DNA of 64,000 nucleotides from positions 21,452,001 through 21,516,000 of the forward strand of contig CM106586.1 of NCBI GenBank assembly GCA_048013815.1, read 5' to 3'. How positions within the stretch are numbered: the stretch's first letter is position 1; each line of letters begins with the position of its first letter. The notes below the pieces were generated by a model. That model was not told where the DNA came from. It saw only the letters and a program-made list of their open reading frames with translations, and ran no database searches. A program made the translations under genes and the position numbers. Shown here piece after piece: positions 12,006-23,112 of this stretch. Source of the stretch: Setoptus koraiensis. Taxonomy: Eukaryota; Animalia; Arthropoda.

Positions 12006-14934
12006 CACAGCTCTTATGAGGATTCACATTGAGAATTAGTTTGGCGCCGCACCCGTTCAAATGGCGGGCTATCCCTGAGCGCGTTGCCCAGCCGGAAAGG
12101 CGCCTTTTCACTATGCGCCACAAAGTGTCCCCATTCAGTCGTGCTGCGGGCCCCCAAACAGCCATTGTTGTTTGGCCAGACGAGGGCTAATTTATTTATA
12201 TAATCAAGTCGGTTGCGAGACCAGAACCGTTGATCCAAGCGCCCAATCAGCTGGCCGAAATTGTTGGTGGGGCCGGCCTGTAATTAATATGGTTCACGGC
12301 GTGGCGGTGTTGGCGGCCAACACACGCCATGTGTCTAAACTTTTCGCCAGTGATCGGCTTAAGTTGTAAGCCTGGCAAGCTTATTGGCAAGCTTGTGTTT
12401 GGCTGGCCGTTGCAGGCCAACGATCAGCGTGGCCCGTGATCGACGCCAGCGTCTCGTCTCGTCTCGCCTCATCTCATCTCATTTCGTTGTGTGCGAAATC
12501 AAAGCAATGAAAATGGACGACGAAAGCAAAACTCTACACAAATAGCGCCAGAGTGTGTGTTGCCAGAGTCACGTTGGCTCGGCCAGATAAAACATTTTAT
12601 CTATTGTCTATAATCAAGATTAATAGCGGCAATCAACGTGGCGGCACTGTAAACTCAATTTGTAAGATCAACAATTCCGACGGTCGCTCGCCCGCTTGTC
12701 GCACGCACTTAATCCGCAGAATTGAAATGCAACGTCGTTGCCGTTGTTGCCGTTGTTGCCGCTGTTGCCGCTGTTGTTGCTGTTGTTGTTGCTAACTCAA
12801 CGGCAGCGGCGGGGGCCCCGTAACGCGCGTATGTCGTCGCTAGTCGGGGCCCAGTTTTCCCTTGTTTGTGCTGCCGGTCACATAAGCTGGCGTCTTTGTG
12901 CTGATGGGCTCGTTACATTGGCACACTGTTAGCTCAAGAAGCAATGGTCAGTTTAATTATTTACTGCTGGTCTCAGTGATCTATTTTGATGACCAGTGAA
13001 CCAGTTATTACAGGGCGTTTGCCAAAACCATGGAATACAATTTGTGCGCACATTACATTTATCCGAGCAGCGAGGGCCCGTTGCCTATGCTTACTAGCCG
13101 CGCACTGACCCAATGTAAAACGTAGCGCATTGGGTCAGCTAAGAAAAAGTCACTTTTATCTCATACACTCTTGCCAACCGAAATCCTATTTAGCCATTTA
13201 GTCACCTACAACGCCGCCCGAATGAAATTGTCTCCAACTGCACTCAAGCAACACAACAGCTTGCTTGACCGGCACAAATTAACGGAAAATTTCTGCCAGT
13301 TCACTAGCGGCCAGTGACTAGCCAGCCGCTAATGGCTTTCAACATTTAATTATTACAATTCTGCGTCAGTGTATGGCTTGGTGACGCTGCCACAGCACAA
13401 CCTCGATTATCTCTCATCTAGTTTGATTGGCCCCCTTCGGCAACAATCATCTGCGAAATCTATTTATCGCTTCAGCGCGAGTTTTGCAATTATTAGGTCA
13501 TCTTGTTTGTCGCATGCTGTTCGAATGCTGCCAACTGCCAATGGTCCGGTGCTGGACATTCGGTGGGCTCCCAATATGAACTTTAGAGTCTCTAAATTAG
13601 AGAGCATTGGCAGTGCAAGTTGAATAGTCTGAACGCGACGAGACAGCAGCCGAACATTTGTCCGTACAATCGATTCAATTATGGCATCAGTTATTGAATT
13701 ACACCTGTCGCCAGTTACTGAGAATCAGTCTGAAATGGATGGTAGAAATGATGAAATTTTAAAAAAAAAATCCAAAAATGACCCAGTACGATCTGAATAT
13801 CTTACACCGACTCTCAAACAATTAACATCGTTTTCAGCAATCCTGTTCGATCAGAATGTTGTCGTCCTTCAGGAAAAAAAAATGACCATCATCGAACAAA
13901 ACGATTGAATAAAAGTATTACAGTCCAGAATCTAGACAAACATGGGTCCGTCACTTTTTTTTTGTTAGTCAGACGGGTCAATACGGCAATTGCCGCAACA
14001 TGCAACAAGAAAATCAATAATAATTGGCGTCTACAGTTCCGTAATCCGGGTCCGCACCGTCGTACTGTGGTCCTAAATCAGAGTGATCGTAAATGTCGAC
14101 TAGTTCCTGTGCCATAACGAACGACCCACAAACTACCACGACTAGGCACATGAGGATTTTGATGAATTGAATCATATTGACCGATTCCTTCACTGCTGCC
14201 GATTCAATTTTGTACTAATCAGAGTAATTCTGATTCAAGTTTTAGTCGTCGACAAGACGCGAACTAAATTGAATTGATGATACAACTAGCATCTAGTTTA
14301 TATACCCATATAATCGCGACAGCTCATAGCAAATCGTTCGGTCTATGAATCAAGATGAAGCTGATTGTTAAGATAATAAATATAATGTTCAACAGGTGCC
14401 ATAAATCGCCTAGATTCTACACAAGTCTCTCCGACTTATTGATTTGATCCAACTCACGTAACAAATTTCACACTTTGATCTACAACCCAGAAGAGAGATT
14501 AAGTAATTAGCTGGTTATGAGGCGTATAATGAGGCCAGCTGTTTGGAATTGAAATTTTTCCACGCGACATTTCTTTCCGCGGTAATTTGATAACAATGGT
14601 TGTTCACATGTCAAAATCCAGAATATCCTTGTGTTTAATAAACAGTTTATTATAGTAATAAACAATGAGTAGTGACTCTTTTTTCACGTGAATGCCTACA
14701 AGTTGTTTATTATTCTCACTCAGTCTCGTTCAAGCAATCGAAACTAAGCTCTTCTTTTCCGTGTCCGATATCACGTTTCAATTAGATGTTGACGAGGAAC
14801 ATCTAATCATAAATTTTTGAATTTCGTGTCTCGCAACAACCGAAAAATAATCTGATTCTAAACAAACTCAACTGGCCAAAACCGGAAAGACAGGGGAATC
14901 CGGAAAATCATCGTTTGAATCTCATAGGAACCGA

Positions 14935-14957
14935 CTCTCTCTCTCTCTCTCTCTCTC
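14935..14957. repeat. (CT)n microsatellite
   Basis: Read directly from the sequence; followed immediately by ATAG, a possible acceptor at 14961. Confidence 0.9.
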
Positions 14958-15087
14958 ATAGACGGTCTCTCAAAACTACATATAACTCTACCAGACTCTT
15001 GAAATACGGACCTCTTGAGTGGCATATCTCATTCTCATTACTATTTGTTTCTTTCTCCTTATCTATGTTTTGTCAACATTGGATTAG

Positions 15088-17095
15088 ATCAAAACCATGA
15101 GACAAACAATTGGAATGTCAAAGTTGTCAATAACCACATGAATCGCCAGAGGCGACTTTCTCCCCCGGTTACACCAAGACACATAACTAACCGAATGGTC
15201 AATTTTATTTATAGATTTGATATAAGCCAAGCACAATTTAAGCCCAATGAACAATTGTTGGAGGCCGAGTTGCACCTGTATAAGTTATTGCCAGATACTG
15301 TCAGCAGCAGGACACGGAGTAATTTGTCTAGCAACAATAAGAACGACATTACAAGCATCCAGAGTGATTCATTTATTCATACCAATGATACAGTGGAGGC
15401 AAGAAACAAAACAACAGCCACACGCCAGGACCAATTTAATGCCTTTGAGAGACAATCAAGATTGGCCTCACAGCCCAACTGTCGCCTGAAGACAAATCTT
15501 CTCGAAGTAAGTACTTGCCACTTTTACTTATCCGGGTTTCTTATACCCTTGGCCACGGCTGCTATTTAATTGAATATGATCATAACCATGATCTGTACTC
15601 GTATTTGCATAATGAATTCATTTATGTATTTATAAACGCTGCTACACCGGCGATTCTATTTATTCAACGTCAACAAGGTGAGCCTATACGAAATTATGTC
15701 CGACGATTACGACAGTCTATTTAACTCGACCAATGATGGCGACAGTGACAGATTGCGCTTGTTGGACATAAGAAGGATCGATCTAGATTCAATTGGCTGG
15801 GAGGTATTCTACGTTAAGTCGGCAATCAATAGATGGATGATTGATGGCTCCAAAAACAAGGGTAATTCAGTCACCCGATGATTACAATTCCTACTTGATT
15901 ATTTTTAGCTTACGCTGTAATCACTAAAACACTTTTTCATTCTGTCGATCCACAACACTGTTTAGGTTTATTGTTGAAAGCAAAATCTATGCTTAATGAA
16001 ATATTGGAGATTGGCTGCTTGAAGTTCTCTGGTGCATTTGCTAGAAATGACCAAAGCGACGACGGTTATGAATATTCAAACAATAGGAAACCCCACAACC
16101 GTTTTCAACCAATTCTGGTTGTCTACACCAATGACGGGATCGGAAAATCCGAGCAATCACAACCGATCAAGGGAGCACTAGGTAACTTCAATGATGATTT
16201 TCAGCGCTCGAGTGTTCAACTAATGAACAAACAAAATTAATTATCAATCGTTAATAACGATATCATTGTCAAACATTTTAACTCGTGCCCGTTCCCTTTC
16301 AGACAGCAATATTTTCGGTTATCGTTCCATTGATCAACCCGAGGTACCAACAACTAGCAAGCGATCCTCATCGTGGCTGACGGGGGCCATCGTCAGCAAT
16401 CCAAAACTATTCAATCCAGATACAAACAATGGTACAGCTACTGTGATAATCAACGAATATGATGGAAAACTAAACATTGATAAGAAAAACAATAGAGATC
16501 GACAAATATTAGTGCAGAAATCAGAGCATCTCAATTGTTGGCACATGCCCATTTGGTTAAATTTCCGAGATTACATGCCTCCAAACAGAATTATTATGCC
16601 TCAAAGTAAGTTACTCGATCAGTCGATCCACAACATTTCACAGAAGCTCAACTAACCATTTTAATTTTCTCCTATTGACACACACAAACAGAGATAGATA
16701 TCAATCAGAGCCTTATGATCAGAGGAAGACATGAATCTAGGAATATATTAGACTTTTTGTCTAGCAATGATTCTAGCAATCTCAATCAAAAACTTTTAGA
16801 AGAATTAGTACGGATGGAAAAACTCACATTTAAATTGTGCAAACAAATTGCCTGTCATGACAATGAGCGAATCATTGCGATAAGCGATCAATTGTGTCAT
16901 CATAGAAAATTGTTAGTTGATAAATCTAATATCATTGAAACTACTGATAATTCCAAATGCCTAGTCGTATGTAAGAATGGCTACTCCTCGAAATTATCCG
17001 CTGTTAACATATTGTATCATAGTCAATTAGACAATCATGTAGTATTACGACAACAAAATGATATGGTCTCGACCGGATGCCGTCCATTACAGTAG
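15088..17095 (+). CDS. TGF-beta/BMP-family ligand precursor, ADMP-like, with degenerate mature domain; 5' exon(s) with signal peptide not resolved. Exons: 15088-15506, 15678-15861, 15966-16181, 16303-16605, 16692-17095
   Basis: Four GT-AG introns (15507-15677, 15862-15965, 16182-16302, 16606-16691; two donors are GTAAGT) join five ORF pieces with consistent phase (0,1,1,1). The spliced product has TGF-beta prodomain motifs: YRFDIS..EQLLEAELHLYKL, VSLY, LLDIRRI..GWEVFYVKSAINRW..NKGLLL, QPILVVYTNDG. Ligand motifs are CWHMPIWLNFRD..IIMP and KLSAVNILY..NHVVLRQQNDMVSTGC. From memory, AELHLxKL / GWEVF / QPxLVxxTxDG / xNxLY / VVLxQxxDMV fit ADMP better than BMP2/4 or Gbb. Confidence 0.88.
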
Positions 17096-17394
17096 TGACA
17101 TTATAAGTTAGACACGGAGAAAGAATACATTAGCTGGAAGAAAAAAAAATAACATGGCCACTCCGACAGCTAGAGAGAATATTGACGAAATCTAAAATCA
17201 ACCTTTTTAGGACAAAAAATCGTCAGTGTTGTGACCTTGAAAATCAATCATAATAGTCAAGTTACAAGAAAACTCGTCTAGGAGGTAGAGGTCAAAATGT
17301 GTTTGTTTTAATCGCAGAAATTGTTAAATAGCACATGTGAAAAATAAGCCGATTATTAAAGTAATAGCAACACACTTTTACTTTTCTATTTAGA

Positions 17395-20300
17395 TCAATC
17401 ATCTAAGTACTCAAATGGCTCGGGTGGTTCGGGTTCTTTTTCTTCTCCAACTTTGGATCCATGAGCTATTACTGGTTCAATTAACTCCTCAGCTTCACTG
17501 GGTCTTGTATCCTTCATCAACATTATCCCTCCAATCGTAATGTCTTTAATTGGCTGATGGCGAGATCCCTCGGGCATCTGTATAACCTTCAACTGTTGCC
17601 TGAGCACTCTAGCTGGATTTGTTAAAATCTCAAAATTTGGCTCTTCCTTGGGCCTCTTGGCATCCTTGCTAGATTCCTTACTATCCTTTGCATCGTTAAC
17701 ATTAGCCTCGTCGGTGGCGCTGACTTGTTTCTTGCTTTTTCCATCCTTGGTGGACTCTTTATCTTTGGGTGAATCCTTACTACTTGATGATTTTGTTTCC
17801 GGTTTGCTAGAGGAAAGCCTACCGCTACTCGACACTTTAGAGTCATCAGCAGGTGCAGTCTTGTTGAATGGTTCCTCATCTATATCCATCTTCTCGATTT
17901 CATGTTGTCTGTCTTTTTTGTTGGCCTCCTTCTTTTTAGCCTTAGCAGTTATAGATAAAATCGCTGTGCTAACCTTCTCTCGTTCACGTTCTTTCTTCTC
18001 CTCTATCGGTGGTGGATAGGCAAATGTGGAGGGTTTCGCCCCAGAGCGGTATTCCATTTTTGGTATTTTCAAATCGGCATTTAATCCTACAATAAATGTT
18101 GGCGTGAACGCTAGTGATAGGAAATGTGTGAGCGGGTACCAATACCAGAATTGTGTGAATATCAGCATACCAACCACTGCACAAACGTTGGTATGGCCTG
18201 TTCTAGATTGTAATGAAACTGTCACATTACGTCCGCCAGCGTCTATAATTCCTTGAGCTAAAATTGCACCAAATTTCGCCATAACATCGTCATGCTTATC
18301 AGCGATAACTTTAGCATATAGTTGACGAAACTCTTTGACTTTGGGATTCAACACTTCTGTCTGCTGAATGAGAACTAATGCTGAGGCCACAAGAGCGCCT
18401 TGGCGGACAAAATTCACAGAATCATTTATCATTGGCTCGAGTAATGATATTGCTTCTTTGCTACCGGAACCAGCACAGCAAATACCAATTGCCATAGCGG
18501 CACCACATCTCACGTGTGGATTGTAGCTTTCCGATAGAAGGGATACGACATTGGGACATTGTTCGGGACTTCTGAAAAGAATAAATCCAATGCCTACGAC
18601 TGCGGCACGTCGAACATCGTCATTCACATCACTTACTGCGACATGCAAGAGTTTAGAGATGGCCTTATTATTACCCGAACCACAATATGCCATTGCGATG
18701 GCATGCATCGCTGCCCGACGTAGAAGAGCGTCCTTATTCGAATCTAGGGTTGCTATCATTTCATCTGCTTGTTCCATACAACCAAACATCATCAAACCAA
18801 TACCGATTGATAGGCCTCGAAGTATTTTTTCATGTTGAGTTTCCTGAGCATAGCTAACCATGTCGATGATAGCAGAGCGTGAATTAGAACCGAGCATCAC
18901 TAGACCCATTGCGATACCAGCTGCTTCTCCAGTTATGGCATCATCTTGGTAAAGATTGAACTTAATTTGATCATATATGTCATTTCGATTAGTACCCATA
19001 GCCGCTAGACCAACTCCCAGACAAGCTCCGTGCCTGATAGCTTCGTTTGTGGCGTCTTTCAGTTGATTCAATAAATACTCTATTATGGAAAGACCATGAT
19101 TCGCGTATATCAGACCCAGAGCGTACAAGGCACCTCCTTCAGTGTAACCTGTTGTCTGGCCATTTGCAGCTCCTGGGTTCTTGGGTAAGTATGGAGCCAA
19201 GAGATGTAGTCCATCATTTTCATGTCCATGGTGGATAACACCTAGGCTGGCTGTGGCGGTAAACTTGGCCCAATTAACTGCTCTGCCCAACCACTCGAGA
19301 TTGTCCCGCAGGAATGCGTCTGATGTAGTACCGTAATGCATGAGACCATTAGCTATAACTGTTGCTGAATGGCAAATAGAATTTCTTACTGAATCTTTAG
19401 TGTGTTTGAGTATTAACAAATCGGCATGGTTTTTGCGTATCATGAATTGGAGCTGCAGTTCGATTGTAGTTTCACCGTGCAAAATAGTCGCTAGCTTCAT
19501 CAGTCTCTCTTGACGGGCTTTTTCGGTATCACTCAGACTCTCAAAGAGGTCCCCAGTTGTAGCCTTGGTAGATTCGGCGACCTCCGCAGACGGGGCTTCT
19601 TTGGAGCGGGATGTTTTTCGCTTCTTGCCACCAGCCTCTGTTGCCGCTTTAGCTCCTTCGGCTCCATCAATTTCCATCCTGGTTTCATTTTCTGCATCAC
19701 TCCCAGCTTCGCTGCAACTGGTGGCTTCTGACTCGCCTCCCTCAGGTCCATGTTCAGAATTCTCAGATATGGGTGTGTCGCCGATAGATTGGTTAGCTCC
19801 AACTAGCGTGGGTAATGGAGCAAAAAGTCTGATTGCTTGAATGACTCTTATGAGGAATTGTTGTGTACCGGACTCGTATAAATCGAATGCTATTTGATAG
19901 GCCATAAGATAGTCATCGGGATCATCAGTTTTGGTAAGCTTGTTCAACATGGCGCCAACTGATTGAGCATCATCGAGAAATATTAAGCATTGAATCATAT
20001 TAATATAATCTGGTTTTTCGAGATTTCTATACAAGCGTACTAGTATACGTAGTATGTCATCACGAAATTTTCGATTTTCCATAAGTGACATGCAGACATT
20101 AAATGCGTATGATAGCATTGCTGAAACATCTGTAGATTCTGTGATTGCCTTCTCAAATATATCCATTCTACGTGTTTCTAGAGCAAGTCCAAGAACTTGC
20201 TTGTATTGATGATGTTGGAAGCATCTCTCGAACATACGATTGACAATGCCCTCAAGGCGCGGATCAATGTCAATGTGTTTAACTTCTTCGCCTGGTTTTA

Positions 20301-20655
20301 GTGACAAATTATAAAGACGATGTTTGGCGTATTGATCGATACATTTGCTAATAATAGTGTCAACATATTCCGATTGTTGATTAATATCGAACAGCTGATT
20401 GGCACTAATGGCAAATGCGAGACAATCATCAAAACTGCCTAAATGATAATAGATTTTACTTGCCAATAGAGCGGCTAAATTTCTATTCCTAAATCCTTTG
20501 TCTTCGCATAATGATTCTATCTTGACTATAGCATCAGAGATTTCTGGCCAGAATTCGTCGACAATGCCATTGAGCTGATGTAGAGCGTATTCCTTAAGAT
20601 CCTGGCCACTCTCGTCCAATAGGGATATGATACCTGAGGCGGAGGTGATTTTCAT
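17395..20655 (-). CDS. PSMD1: 26S proteasome non-ATPase regulatory subunit 1 (Rpn2), single exon, ~1086 aa
   Basis: Colinear with human PSMD1 from start to end: [42 protein letters not shown] repeats ([32 protein letters not shown]), [23 protein letters not shown]-terminal [13 protein letters not shown]. The ATG at 20655 matches the orthologue start; the ORF-track TTG extension to 20757 is low-complexity. Confidence 0.98.
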   Translation of the reverse strand: MKITSASGIISLLDESGQDLKEYALHQLNGIVDEFWPEISDAIVKIESLCEDKGFRNRNLAALLASKIYYHLGSFDDCLAFAISANQLFDINQQSEYVDTIISKCIDQYAKHRLYNLSLKPGEEVKHIDIDPRLEGIVNRMFERCFQHHQYKQVLGLALETRRMDIFEKAITESTDVSAMLSYAFNVCMSLMENRKFRDDILRILVRLYRNLEKPDYINMIQCLIFLDDAQSVGAMLNKLTKTDDPDDYLMAYQIAFDLYESGTQQFLIRVIQAIRLFAPLPTLVGANQSIGDTPISENSEHGPEGGESEATSCSEAGSDAENETRMEIDGAEGAKAATEAGGKKRKTSRSKEAPSAEVAESTKATTGDLFESLSDTEKARQERLMKLATILHGETTIELQLQFMIRKNHADLLILKHTKDSVRNSICHSATVIANGLMHYGTTSDAFLRDNLEWLGRAVNWAKFTATASLGVIHHGHENDGLHLLAPYLPKNPGAANGQTTGYTEGGALYALGLIYANHGLSIIEYLLNQLKDATNEAIRHGACLGVGLAAMGTNRNDIYDQIKFNLYQDDAITGEAAGIAMGLVMLGSNSRSAIIDMVSYAQETQHEKILRGLSIGIGLMMFGCMEQADEMIATLDSNKDALLRRAAMHAIAMAYCGSGNNKAISKLLHVAVSDVNDDVRRAAVVGIGFILFRSPEQCPNVVSLLSESYNPHVRCGAAMAIGICCAGSGSKEAISLLEPMINDSVNFVRQGALVASALVLIQQTEVLNPKVKEFRQLYAKVIADKHDDVMAKFGAILAQGIIDAGGRNVTVSLQSRTGHTNVCAVVGMLIFTQFWYWYPLTHFLSLAFTPTFIVGLNADLKIPKMEYRSGAKPSTFAYPPPIEEKKEREREKVSTAILSITAKAKKKEANKKDRQHEIEKMDIDEEPFNKTAPADDSKVSSSGRLSSSKPETKSSSSKDSPKDKESTKDGKSKKQVSATDEANVNDAKDSKESSKDAKRPKEEPNFEILTNPARVLRQQLKVIQMPEGSRHQPIKDITIGGIMLMKDTRPSEAEELIEPVIAHGSKVGEEKEPEPPEPFEYLDD

Positions 20656-21964
20656 CTTGTCCGGCTGTTGGTGCTGGCGATAATATTGTTGTAATAGAAC
20701 GGTTGGTATATAATATCGTTGTTGTTGTATTTTATAATAGTGATTGTTGCGGGCCAATATCGTTGAGCTGATACAACAAACGAGCGTGAATATTTGTGAA
20801 TATCTCTATGGTAAATGGATTCAATTGGCGTCAGTGTCGAGCATAGTTGACAATGTGTGTAGAGGACGATAATAACGTTGATAATATTGACAATATTAAT
20901 AGTATTGGCGATAATAATGGCGATATCGACGACAATGGCAATTGAATGCGGACAAGTGTGATAAATCGAGTGCCCTGCGTGTCGATTGCCGCAGCCCAAT
21001 GCAGCCTGACGCAGCCTAGCGCAGCAGCCAGAGCAGCCAAAGGACCAGCCAAAGGCGACAGCGAGCGTTCAGCGTGTCCCAGCGTCATTGGTCGGCGGCA
21101 GCGTTGCGCGCAACGGCGCTGGGCAGCCCTTGTGTTTGGCACACGGCGAACGAGACACAGGAGACACACACACACAAACACACGCACACACAAACTGTTT
21201 GTGACAAACACACAAGCACACACAGTGCGAATCTTCGCACTGTATTTGTCCGGCACAGCGGTGCGGTGCAGTGTGCGCACAAGCGGCATTGCCGATCGTC
21301 TTGTGATGTGCGGCAACAAAGCGGCACTCGGCGGCACAGTGCGCACACCGCCGGCCTGGCAACAGCCAGGCAACTGTGCCAGTGGCTGCAACAGCTGGCG
21401 TCCTTTGTCGCTTTGTGGCGTTCGCTGCGCGCTTGTGCGCATGAGCGGCCAGCGGGGGGAGGGCACCATTGGCGAGAGCGTGCGCCAGGCCAGAAAAGTT
21501 CCATTGCGCGCCCCCCCCATCGCTAGAAATGTTGGCCGCCGCTGCCGAATGTTCGCTGGCAGCGAACATTCGGCGATTGCCGTTGGTCGCTAGTTCGCTC
21601 AGCGGGCTCATTCGACAATCGAACTTCAGGGCGTCAGGGTTGCGCGCGGTCAGTGCAAATGAGTTTCAGCAATTGTTCGCCAATCAGCAAGCCAGAGCGC
21701 GACTATTCGCAACAGCATCAGCATCAGCAGCAGCAGACGAACCGGCAGATCACCAGTTACATCATCAGTTACTAGCGACTCGCAGCAGCATCACGTGAGC
21801 CCCGACACAAAGTTACATGATGCACCCGTGATACAAGCCCGGCAATGACCCGACTATGCACACGACTACACACGACACACAATATACATCACATAATAAT
21901 AATAATTCGTCGAATAATTAATTAGTGTCCTCATTGCGACAGATTGAGCCATCAAAATCACGTC

Positions 21965-22050
21965 AAATATAATAATCGTCGCGTACAATAATCGTCAAGT
22001 ACAATAATCGTCGAATACAATAATCGTCGAATACAAAAATCGTCAAATAT
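21965..22050. repeat. ~16-bp minisatellite (TACAATAATCGTCGAA)n, ~5 copies
   Basis: Read directly from the sequence. Confidence 0.88.
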
Positions 22051-22130
22051 AACGTATAGTTACAACGTATAATATAATTGCCAAGTAACCATCAGTACAG
22101 TGGCAATCGCCCACCATTTGCGCCACCATC

Positions 22131-22687
22131 ATGAGGCATCAGCAGCAAGCCAAATCCAAATGCACAACATGCACGCCAGCACCAGTGCGACCAACAACAA
22201 GTCATCATCACATGTCACCGTCACCAATGTTGTTAATTAATGCCCTACTAATCATGTTGATCTCATCGTCAGAAGATTCTGCATCAACCGCGACCCTATT
22301 CAGGCCGGCTTTCGCCTCGAAAATTCCCCCGCCAACCACCAGGGACCGTCTACCTAGAGGTAAGTTTATGCAGCCCAAACTAACCGTGCCGACCGTGCCG
22401 TTGCTATTCGGTGCTACATTGGCGGTATATTCGCATTCGGGTATAATCGGCGTATATTCTGTCCCCCTTCCTTTCTCACTTGTGTCTCCGTGTGAGTGAG
22501 TGAGTGAGTGTGTGTGTGTGTCCCTTTTTCCGATTCTTACTCAGCAGCGATTCTTATTCATCAGCGCCATTGTCAACAAGATGTTTTTGTCTACGAGATG
22601 TTTTTGTCGACGAAATGTTTTTGTCAACAAGAGATGAAGGTTTTATTGATGCCGTTGTTGCTCGAAGCGGGCCTTTGTCACGCTTGA
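22131..22687 (+). CDS. Candidate two-exon small secreted protein (exons 22131-22359, 22545-22687)
   Basis: ATG, a signal-like segment (MSPSPMLLINALLIMLISSS), a perfect AG|GTAAGT donor at 22360, a pyrimidine tract plus CAG acceptor at 22544, and a phase-consistent open frame to TGA 22687. No recognisable family. Confidence 0.3.
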
Positions 22688-23112
22688 ATACAATCTTCCA
22701 GCGAGTGCCTATTCACCGACTTCCGCTGATGATGAAGTAGCATAATACGGTGGCATTCTCTGACGATGGTGTCTATTATGTCATATTATGTTGCATCGCA
22801 TCATCTATGTGCTGTGTACACACACACACACACACCACTAATTCTTTCTTCTGCCGCTGCTGCTGCTTCTCATTGAGACTGATCACTAAACCCAGCGACG
22901 ACACTAGAGCCAATTTACTCTTGACGCTTAATTGTAATCCTGACATACATAATGTGATGTATTATGATCGTCAATGGAGTGCGATGACGAACAGCGATAC
23001 ACTTTGGACAGAGATACCTTGGCGGGCAACTGCCAATAGACAGACAGACAGAGAAATAGCGATAGATAGATAGACAGAGACATAGGAATAGAGATAGAGA
23101 GAGGTGACAGCG

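Noticed and set aside
20656-20757. TTG-initiated N-terminal extension of PSMD1 in the ORF track
   Set aside because: Low-complexity Q/Y-rich sequence; orthologues start at the position of ATG 20655.
21007-21015. TGACGCAGC, a possible Nrf/CncC antioxidant response element upstream of PSMD1
   Set aside because: Biologically plausible, but with only six fixed bases a match is expected by chance in a 1-kb promoter.
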